Sequence record: SRR31156797_1024
Length of the DNA: 39,461 nucleotides
Strand: one strand, 5' to 3'
Shown here: positions 11,752 through 19,336 of the stretch, piece by piece
How the letters are laid out: each line of letters opens with the position of its first letter
Position numbering within the stretch: the first letter of the stretch is position 1
Made by a program: the position numbers and the translations under genes
The notes under the pieces: model-generated
What the model saw: only the letters and a program-made list of their open reading frames with translations
Databases searched by the model: none
Told to the model about the DNA's origin: nothing

Positions 11752-12285
11752 ATGAAATCCATGAATGGTGGGTTTTCTCTGGCGGAGTTGATGACGGTCA
11801 TCGCAATCTTGGGTATTATTGCCGCAATTGCGATTCCCGGCTTTATCAAGTGGCTTCCGGATTACCATCTCAAGAGTGCTGCGAGCGGCCTTCGGGCCGG
11901 CTTTCAACTGGCCAGAATAACCGCCATCAAGACCGGCGCCAACTGCACCATTACATTCAACCAACCGGTTGACGGCGATACGTACGATTATGTGGTTTTT
12001 CAGGATGCGGACAATGATTTGGAACTGGATAGTTCGGAAACCACCGACATCTTAAAAAAAGTCAAGTGGACGGATTACCATCCGAGTATTTACACGGATT
12101 CCAACACCTTTGCCAATAACGATGGCGGCTTTCCGGCGGTCGCTTTTCGATCAAACGGTATTCCGAGAAATAACGGCGGCGGGTTTGGCGTAGGCACGGT
12201 TTCCATTAAGAATTCAGATAACAGTGAAGCGGATATTGTCATGTCAAGGGCCGGTAATATCAGAGTAGCCTTAACCATTCATTAG
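11752..12285 (+). CDS. fimU: FimU/FimT minor pilin (set 2)
   Basis: NGG/FSLAELMTVIAILGII; QLARITAIK; VAFRSNG; IVMSRAGNIRV. Start uncertain (11689, 11701 or 11752); the track's TTG at 11638 overlaps the promoter. Confidence 0.8.
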   Translation: MKSMNGGFSLAELMTVIAILGIIAAIAIPGFIKWLPDYHLKSAASGLRAGFQLARITAIKTGANCTITFNQPVDGDTYDYVVFQDADNDLELDSSETTDILKKVKWTDYHPSIYTDSNTFANNDGGFPAVAFRSNGIPRNNGGGFGVGTVSIKNSDNSEADIVMSRAGNIRVALTIH

Positions 12286-12293
12286 CGTAAATT

Positions 12294-13001
12294 ATGATTG
12301 CATGCAAAAAAAATCCGGGTTTTACACTGGTTGAATTGATGGTGTCGCTTTTTGTATCGGCGGTTATCATGACGGCCGTCTATGCCGCCTACCGGTCCCA
12401 GCAGAAATCCTATGCGGTTCAGGAGGAGGTGGCGGCCCTTCAGCAGAATCTCCGGGCGGCCATGTTTTATATGTCAAGCCAGATTCGAGAGGCGGGCTGT
12501 AACCCTACCGCCACCGATACCGACAGACCCAGGATTCTGACGGCCGATGTGGACGAAATTCACTTCACCTCCGATATTCGAGGAAACAACTTTGGAACCG
12601 ATCCGGATGGTGCTACGGACGACCCTTACGAAAATATCACCTATTCCCTTTATACCTCCGGCGGCATTCAGAAATTGGGCGTAAAGAGCACGGCCGATGC
12701 AACCCCACAACCGGTAATTGAAAATGTGGATGCCCTCGATTTTGTTTATCTGGACCAGAACGGAAATCGGCTGGACGATGACGGGAATGGAAACGTCACA
12801 ACCAGCATTAATCAGATCCGATCCGTTGAAGTCACCATTGTGGTGCGTGCGTCACGGGAAGACCTGGACTACACTGACGTCAACCAATATCAAAACCAGC
12901 AGGGAGATGTGGTTCTGGCGGCGCAAAACGATCATTTTCGTCGCAGAATGCTGAGCTTGCGCATCGGATGCCGAAATCTGGGATTGCAGGGGGCGGGATG
13001 A
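12294..13001 (+). CDS. pilW: PilW-like minor pilin (set 2)
   Basis: NPG/FTLVELMVSL; LQQNLRAAMFYMSSQIREAG; QPVIENVDALDFVY; IRSVEVTIVVR. Confidence 0.8.
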   Translation: MIACKKNPGFTLVELMVSLFVSAVIMTAVYAAYRSQQKSYAVQEEVAALQQNLRAAMFYMSSQIREAGCNPTATDTDRPRILTADVDEIHFTSDIRGNNFGTDPDGATDDPYENITYSLYTSGGIQKLGVKSTADATPQPVIENVDALDFVYLDQNGNRLDDDGNGNVTTSINQIRSVEVTIVVRASREDLDYTDVNQYQNQQGDVVLAAQNDHFRRRMLSLRIGCRNLGLQGAG

Positions 13002-13435
13002 TGCCATTTGGAAAGAAATATCAACGGAGGGAAACGGCATGCCCTTGCCTGAAAAACCATTGTGGATTGACCCTCCTCGAAGTGATCATAGCCATGGCGG
13101 TGCTGGCGTTCGGCATCCTGGCCGTGGGAAGCATGCAGGTGACTTCCATCCGGCAGAATGCCAATGCGGATCAGGTGACGGGGGCCAGCGTACTGGCCCG
13201 GGACCGGTTGGAAAGGCTTATGGCGTTGGCTTACACGGATGCGGCCCTGGCGGAAAGCACCTATGAGGATTCCGATCCGCCTGCCGGTTACACCATCACC
13301 TGGGAGATATGCGACGGGGCCAGTGCCGGTTGTGATACCATCGACAACACAAAACTCATTGAGGTGACGGTGCAGCACGACAATCTCCATAAGGAGATCG
13401 TGCTCATGAACATCAAACCGGGGCCGCCGCCATAG
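12998..13435 (+). CDS. pilV: PilV-like minor pilin (set 2)
   Basis: HCG/LTLLEVIIAMAVLAFGILAV; ASVLARDRLERL. ATGA overlap with the pilW stop supports start 12998. Confidence 0.8.
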   Translation: MMPFGKKYQRRETACPCLKNHCGLTLLEVIIAMAVLAFGILAVGSMQVTSIRQNANADQVTGASVLARDRLERLMALAYTDAALAESTYEDSDPPAGYTITWEICDGASAGCDTIDNTKLIEVTVQHDNLHKEIVLMNIKPGPPP

Positions 13436-13448
13436 CATTGGGGAAAGT

Positions 13449-14024
13449 ATGAAACGGATCGAATCATTGACAAATGAAGACGGTACCATCCTGGTCATAT
13501 CCCTGATCATACTGACCCTGGCCAGTATGATCGGCATTGCGGCCACCATGACCGCGTCCATCGAGCTTCAGATTTCCGGCAACGATATGCACTATGCGGA
13601 AAACTTCTACCGGGCCGAAGCGGCGGCCATGGTGGGGGCACGGGCCATCGAGGGGACCCCTAGTATCAATCTGGAAGACCGGAAATATAAAGCGGACGGC
13701 GACACCGGTGAAGAAATCACCCTGCCCACGGAAGCGCAGTTGCCGGATACCGACAATATAGCCGAAGACACCAACTGGACCACCGGCACGGACAAAATCT
13801 CAGCTGAGGCGCCCTCCGCTATTTCAAACGAGAGTGCCGGCTATGAAGCGAGGTTCCTCCCCGTTGAAAAACAGCCCAAAGGCGCTTCCCTGGACCTGGC
13901 CGGCACCTCCGGCAGTAAAATGCATGAATTCGTTATCTATGGAAGATCGATCCGGGAACGGGCCAATTCCAATAAAAAGCTGGGCCAGGTGATTATTGAA
14001 GTTGGGTACAAAAAACGGTTTTGA
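13449..14024 (+). CDS. pilX: PilX-like minor pilin (set 2)
   Basis: NEDG/TILVISLIILTL with no Glu5; ELQISGND..NFYRAEAA. Confidence 0.8.
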   Translation: MKRIESLTNEDGTILVISLIILTLASMIGIAATMTASIELQISGNDMHYAENFYRAEAAAMVGARAIEGTPSINLEDRKYKADGDTGEEITLPTEAQLPDTDNIAEDTNWTTGTDKISAEAPSAISNESAGYEARFLPVEKQPKGASLDLAGTSGSKMHEFVIYGRSIRERANSNKKLGQVIIEVGYKKRF

Positions 14025-14042
14025 AGAATGAGGAGTTCCGTC

Positions 14043-17000
14043 ATGCCTTCCAACAACACATGGATTTCCACATTATACGGCTTTCTCGCGGGAAAAGCTG
14101 GGAAAACCATTCTCATGGGGATATTCATCCTTTTTACCACCGCTCTTTTTTTCCATATTTCGGCGGATTCCGCCCTGGCGAAAAGCGCCACCATCAAGGT
14201 GAGGCTCAAACCCAATGCGGCGGCAAATGCCGGGGCCCAGTGGAAGATCAGAATCGTTTATCCCTGGACCACCGGGTGGGAGGGTCCCTTTAATCATAAT
14301 TACCGAAAAACCGTTTCCTGGTCCGGCTATAACGAACCGCTATTTGAAATCAAAGCCACGGATGTGTCGGGCTGGGTCACGCCGCCCAATAAGTTCGTCT
14401 GGCTTAGAAACAACCAAAACAAAAGCCGGAATATGTGGTACACCCAGGTTCCGGCAACCACCACAACCACCACGAGTACCACAACCACAACCACCAGTAC
14501 GACCACCACAACCACAACCACGACTACGACGACCACCACCACGACCACAACCACCACCACCACGACCACCACTACCACCAGCACAACGAGTTCGACAACC
14601 ACCACAACCCTGCCCGGGTCCCTTTGTCTGGATATCGCCGATATCCCCATGGATACCCAGCTTCAGGCGGCGCCGGCCGGCATCATGTTTGTTGTTGACG
14701 ATTCCGGCAGCATGGACTGGGAGTTCATGACATCCGAGAGTAGCGGCATTTTTCACGGGGAGTATTACAATTTCGATTTGAGCGACAACGCCTACTCGGA
14801 CAGCTATATCGTGGCGGGGGATGAAAAGCGGCTCTGGAAAGCCAGGTGGTCGGAATATAATAAAATGTACTACAATCCCACGGCAACCTATACCCCATGG
14901 CCGGGTCAGGCCGCCGCCAGCACAACGGCGCCCCGTTCCAATCCCATGGATGCAAGCCCCACCCTGACCCTGTCGAATGAATACGATTCCGTGGAAACGG
15001 GCATTATCGTGGACAATACGGATCCTGAGTTCACTCGATCCGCCGTCGGCTGGAGCGCCACCACCACCACCGAGGACTATGGGTCCGATTATCTTTACAC
15101 CAACAGCTACAGCGACGGGACCAATACCTGGGCCAGGTGGACCGTTGATATTCCCACCGCCGGGAATTACGAGGTCTCCGGTTGGTGGCGCTCCTATTCG
15201 GGTGGCCGGGTCACCAACGTGACCTACAACCTTGTTCGCGGCGGCGGTACGGACAGCGGTGTGCCGTCCGGCGGTGTAAACCAGAATATAGGGGGACTCT
15301 GGACATCCCTGGGGACATACTATTTTTCAGGGGGCGGCGGCGAGTATATACAGCTTAACGCAACGGTTGCGGGCGCCAGCAAGTATACCGCCGACGCCAT
15401 GAAGTTTACGCCCAGCGGCGCTTCCTCCGTCAGCATCAAGAACGCCCACTACTATACCTATTCCGACACCGAAAATACGCCGTACCTGGTGGTTCTGGAC
15501 GGCAGCATCAAATTTTACCGTTTCAGCCGCGACGTGGAGAGTGTCGTTGAAGCCGGGCTCATCCGGGATACCTCCCCCCCCGACGACGTGATCCCCAAGG
15601 ACGGCGACGGCAACGCCCGTTCCTATTCAGCGGAACTTCAGAATTTCGCCAACTGGTTTTCCTTCTACCGGCGCCGGGAACTGACGGCCAAGGCGGCCAT
15701 CTCCCGGGTCATCGACCATATCGAGGGTGTGAAGGTGGGGTTTTACTCCATTCATGACCGAATCAATCAGACGGTTCTGCCGGTGAATGTCACCATCGGA
15801 GGGACTACCCAGGATGATACGGCGACCCTGCTCAACCTCCTGTACGGCCTCGATTCATCGGGTGGAACTCCCCTTCGAACCGCCCTCAAGAATGTGGGGG
15901 ACTATTTTGACCAGGCCGGCGGTGACGGCGGCATCGGATCATCGCCCTATGCCGCCGCCGCCGACGGCGGGGCCTGCCAGCAGTCCTTTGCCATCGTGGT
16001 AACGGACGGGTTTTGGAACGGCAGCCTCTCGGGCATCGGAAACGAAGACGGCAGCGAGGGGGCACCCTATGCGGACAGCTGGACGGGCACCCTGGCGGAC
16101 GTGGCCATGAAGTACTATAAAACCGACCTTTCCACCAGTTTGACGGACCTGGTCCCTACCGGTTATCCGGACTTGGCCACGTGGCAGCATATGGTTACCT
16201 ACGGCATTTCCTTCGGCGTTACGGGAACCCTGAACCCTTTTGATTATGACCTTTACAATGTGAATGCGGCCCAGCGCGTCTACCCCACCTGGCCCAATCC
16301 CACGGATACGGAAAACCAGGAACGGATCGACGACCTGTGGCATGCGGCGGTGAACGGGCGGGGGCAATTTTTGAGCGCCGCCAACCCGGAAAACCTCATC
16401 GATTCCCTGGAAGCCCTCATGGAAAACGTCATGAGCCGTATCGGCAGCGGGGCCTCCATATCCATTAACGGCGAAGAACTCCAGGCGGGGAGCCGCGTTT
16501 TTCAGGCCAGTTATTCCACGGATAACTGGACCGGTGACGTGAAAGCGTACGGCCTGAACCAGAACTCCGGCGCCGTCATACGGGATAATTATATCTGGTC
16601 CGCAAGTGAAGAACTGGAAGATGTGACCTATGACAACCGTGTCATCGCCACTTACAACACCGCCGCTTCGACGGGTATCCCGTTTCAATACAATCAGCTC
16701 AGTCCGGCGCAACAGCTTCAGCTGGATACGGATGCCGCCACGGCGGAAAATATCCTGAAGTATCTCCGGGGTGATACCGCCGGCGAACAGCAGAACGGGG
16801 GCGTCTTCAGAAACCGCAACAGCATACTGGGGGACATCGTTCATTCCTCTCCCACCTATTTTGACGACGTTATTTACGTGGGGGCCAACGACGGGATGCT
16901 CCATGCCTTTGACGCCGCCAACGGGCAGGAGCTCTTTGCCTATGTGCCGGGGCAGGTGTTCGCCAACCTGGCCGACCTGGCCAGTTCGGTCTATGCCCAC

Positions 17001-18392
17001 AAATACTATGTGGATATGACGCCCTTCGTGGCGGACACGGGAAGCGGGACCCTTTTGGTGGGGGGCCTGGGCAAGGGGGGCAAGGGGTACTTCTGCCTGG
17101 ATGTGACCAATGCCAAAACCATGGCATCCGAAAGTGAACTGGCCGGCGACGTAAAATGGGAGTATCCCAACGCCTCGACCCCTTCCGGTGAAATCGCCGA
17201 CATGGGATACAGTTTCAGCGAAGCCTATATCGTTAAATCCAACAGCACGGCCCACCCCTGGGTGGCGGTGTTTGGAAACGGTTACGCCAGCACCAACGAA
17301 CACGCCGTTTTATTTGTTCTGGATGCGTTCACGGGTGTTAAAATCGCCCAGATCGACACGGGGGTCGGATCCTGTAACGGTCTGTCAACCCCCATTCCCG
17401 TGGATGTGGATCTGGATTACAAAATGGACTATGTGTATGCGGGGGACCTGAAGGGGAACCTGTGGAAATTCGATCTGACCGCGGCAAGTGCATCCGGCTG
17501 GGAGGTGGCTTTCGACAACAGCGGCAGTGCCGAACCGCTCTTCCGGGCCAGGGACGGCGCCGGCGCCCCGCAGCCCATCACCACCAAACCGGAGGTCATG
17601 ATTCATTGTGTCCCCGGAGTCCCCGGTTATATGGTCGTTGCCGGCACGGGGAAATACCTGGGGGATACGGATTTCACCAATACCCAGACCCAGACCATTT
17701 ACGGTTTGTGGGACTACGGGGACGATGCGGACGACAGTGAATATCTGGGGGCTTTCAACCGGGGATCGACACCGGAACTTGCCAATCAACCCGACCCGGT
17801 GACGCTTCTCCAGCAGGTGGAAGTGTACTATGGTAACCCGGGCAACAGCAATTATACCCTCAGGGTTTTGAGCCAGAATGAGCCGGAATGGGTCACCGTG
17901 GCCGATGGGACCGACGGTCAGGAAGTGAACCCGTCGGACAGCGAGCCCAACCATGCCGGATGGTATTTTGATCTTCCCATCAGCAAGGAACGGATCATCC
18001 GCAATTTCATGATCCGAAACGGCAAGGTCATCTTCATTTCCTCCATTCCCAAAAGCTCACCGTGTGCCGCCGGGGGGGACTCCATTCTGCATGAAATTAA
18101 TGCCTGTACCGGGGGAAGGATGAGCCGTGCCGTATTCGACATCAACGATGACGGCAAAATCGACGCCGGCGACATGATCAGCATCCCCGATCCCAATGAT
18201 CCCACAAAGGAGATCCTGGTGGCACCCACGGGCATTACCTATCCGGAAATGATCTATCCGCCGAAAATAATGCGGCACCCGGATAATACGGAAACCAAAT
18301 ATTTCAGCACCGCCACCGGCAGTATCTTAATGCTCAGGGAGGAAGGGGAAACACGGGGTATTTTTTACTGGCGGGAGCGGGTGGAGGATTAG
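14043..18392 (+). CDS. pilY1: PilY1 pilus-tip adhesin: N-terminal extra domain, poly-Thr linker, vWA domain with an inserted beta-sandwich, C-terminal beta-propeller
   Basis: MIDAS motif IMFVVDDSGSM, GGTPL and VVTDG; propeller motifs LGDIVHSSP, YVGANDGMLHAF, VYAGDLKGNLWKFDL and GWYFDL; Ca-loop-like DVDLDYKMD and DINDDGKID. GAGGAG RBS precedes ATG 14043 (track start 14028). Confidence 0.92.
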   Translation: MPSNNTWISTLYGFLAGKAGKTILMGIFILFTTALFFHISADSALAKSATIKVRLKPNAAANAGAQWKIRIVYPWTTGWEGPFNHNYRKTVSWSGYNEPLFEIKATDVSGWVTPPNKFVWLRNNQNKSRNMWYTQVPATTTTTTSTTTTTTSTTTTTTTTTTTTTTTTTTTTTTTTTTTSTTSSTTTTTLPGSLCLDIADIPMDTQLQAAPAGIMFVVDDSGSMDWEFMTSESSGIFHGEYYNFDLSDNAYSDSYIVAGDEKRLWKARWSEYNKMYYNPTATYTPWPGQAAASTTAPRSNPMDASPTLTLSNEYDSVETGIIVDNTDPEFTRSAVGWSATTTTEDYGSDYLYTNSYSDGTNTWARWTVDIPTAGNYEVSGWWRSYSGGRVTNVTYNLVRGGGTDSGVPSGGVNQNIGGLWTSLGTYYFSGGGGEYIQLNATVAGASKYTADAMKFTPSGASSVSIKNAHYYTYSDTENTPYLVVLDGSIKFYRFSRDVESVVEAGLIRDTSPPDDVIPKDGDGNARSYSAELQNFANWFSFYRRRELTAKAAISRVIDHIEGVKVGFYSIHDRINQTVLPVNVTIGGTTQDDTATLLNLLYGLDSSGGTPLRTALKNVGDYFDQAGGDGGIGSSPYAAAADGGACQQSFAIVVTDGFWNGSLSGIGNEDGSEGAPYADSWTGTLADVAMKYYKTDLSTSLTDLVPTGYPDLATWQHMVTYGISFGVTGTLNPFDYDLYNVNAAQRVYPTWPNPTDTENQERIDDLWHAAVNGRGQFLSAANPENLIDSLEALMENVMSRIGSGASISINGEELQAGSRVFQASYSTDNWTGDVKAYGLNQNSGAVIRDNYIWSASEELEDVTYDNRVIATYNTAASTGIPFQYNQLSPAQQLQLDTDAATAENILKYLRGDTAGEQQNGGVFRNRNSILGDIVHSSPTYFDDVIYVGANDGMLHAFDAANGQELFAYVPGQVFANLADLASSVYAHKYYVDMTPFVADTGSGTLLVGGLGKGGKGYFCLDVTNAKTMASESELAGDVKWEYPNASTPSGEIADMGYSFSEAYIVKSNSTAHPWVAVFGNGYASTNEHAVLFVLDAFTGVKIAQIDTGVGSCNGLSTPIPVDVDLDYKMDYVYAGDLKGNLWKFDLTAASASGWEVAFDNSGSAEPLFRARDGAGAPQPITTKPEVMIHCVPGVPGYMVVAGTGKYLGDTDFTNTQTQTIYGLWDYGDDADDSEYLGAFNRGSTPELANQPDPVTLLQQVEVYYGNPGNSNYTLRVLSQNEPEWVTVADGTDGQEVNPSDSEPNHAGWYFDLPISKERIIRNFMIRNGKVIFISSIPKSSPCAAGGDSILHEINACTGGRMSRAVFDINDDGKIDAGDMISIPDPNDPTKEILVAPTGITYPEMIYPPKIMRHPDNTETKYFSTATGSILMLREEGETRGIFYWRERVED
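14457..14609 (+). repeat. Imperfect (ACN)n repeat encoding 51 consecutive Thr/Ser residues
   Basis: 153 bp of mixed ACC/ACA/ACG/ACT codons with a few Ser codons, in frame in pilY1. Confidence 0.97.
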
Positions 18393-18421
18393 TGGAGCGG
18401 TTTATGAAAGGGGAGATTTAC

Positions 18422-18949
18422 ATGAAAGGTTGGGGCTGTGTTTTTCTATTCACTTTTTTCATGCTCTCCGCGGTCCCCGCATTTGCGCAGATTTACCAAT
18501 ACCGGGACAAAAACGGTCAATTGCATTTTACCAATGAACTATCGGACATTCCCGAAGGTCAGAAACCCCGAGTCATCATGAAACAGCCGGCGGAACCGAA
18601 AGAAACCGTGGAGAATGCGCCGAGCCCATCTGAAACGAAAAGGGAAACCGATCCTTCACATGAAACACCGAAGGCGGAAGATGGCGGTAAACCGCCGGAA
18701 ATTCCCATTGTGCAGGATCTCAATGAAGAAAAGGCCGCCCTGGACAAAACCCATGCACGGTTGATGAAACGGAAAAAAGCGCTTCAAAAGGAAAAACAGA
18801 CCTTGAAGACGCCGGAACAGGTGCGGGAATACCGGAAAAGGGTGACCCGTTTGAACAAGAAGATCGATGCCTATAAAAAACGCAACAAAGCGTTTCAGAA
18901 AAAGGCCGATGCCTATAACGCAGCCCTTCGGGAAAAAGGAGAAGAATAA
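18422..18949 (+). CDS. DUF4124-like secreted protein with C-terminal coiled coil
   Basis: Signal peptide ending AFA; QIYQYRDKNGQLHFTN motif; Pro/Glu linker; K/E-rich helix. RBS AAGGGGAG. Confidence 0.8.
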   Translation: MKGWGCVFLFTFFMLSAVPAFAQIYQYRDKNGQLHFTNELSDIPEGQKPRVIMKQPAEPKETVENAPSPSETKRETDPSHETPKAEDGGKPPEIPIVQDLNEEKAALDKTHARLMKRKKALQKEKQTLKTPEQVREYRKRVTRLNKKIDAYKKRNKAFQKKADAYNAALREKGEE

Positions 18950-19302
18950 TGCCGCGGACAGAGATACGCACCCTATGGAAAACCCTTATTCCACTCCTGC
19001 TGCTGATGGTTTTATGCACCGCTAAAGCACCTCTGTGCGCCCAAGCAGGTCAGAGTCGGGGGGAAGACTTCATTACCGGCTTTTCCCTATCGGATTTTGA
19101 TGGGGTCGGCCATATTGACAGCATGGAAGGGGATCAACTGGTCATTGACGATTGTTCAAGAAAGTTGTCTTCCGGCGTAAAATATTTTAAACCCGGACCC
19201 ATGGAAATTCCCGCATCCGCCTTTTCAGTGGGCAGCCGTGTGGGGTATGTGGAGAATCGAAACGGCCGGATTACTTCACTCTGGTTGTTACCCGGAAAAT
19301 AA
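18949..19302 (+). CDS. Small secreted protein, possibly PilY2-like
   Basis: Signal peptide; short beta-rich domain (GVGHIDSMEGDQLVIDD...VGSRVGY...ITSLWLL); located shortly after pilY1; TAATG coupling with the upstream gene. Confidence 0.6.
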   Translation: MPRTEIRTLWKTLIPLLLLMVLCTAKAPLCAQAGQSRGEDFITGFSLSDFDGVGHIDSMEGDQLVIDDCSRKLSSGVKYFKPGPMEIPASAFSVGSRVGYVENRNGRITSLWLLPGK

Positions 19303-19336
19303 AAAATCCAAAATCCATCTGTTCAGGATCCGACCC

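Noticed and set aside
14215-14756. Poly-Val, poly-His, poly-Pro and Gly-rich ORFs in alternative frames
   Set aside because: They are shadows of the poly-Thr repeat within pilY1.
16767-16775. RGD tripeptide in PilY1
   Set aside because: It lies in the commonly conserved YLRG(D) segment before the propeller, so it is no evidence of integrin binding here.
15939-17303. 454-aa antisense ORF, and similar long antisense ORFs over PFOR and the Ig genes (e.g. 4104-5024, 37132-38241)
   Set aside because: They fully overlap well-supported genes on the opposite strand, have no recognisable motifs and are expected from codon bias.
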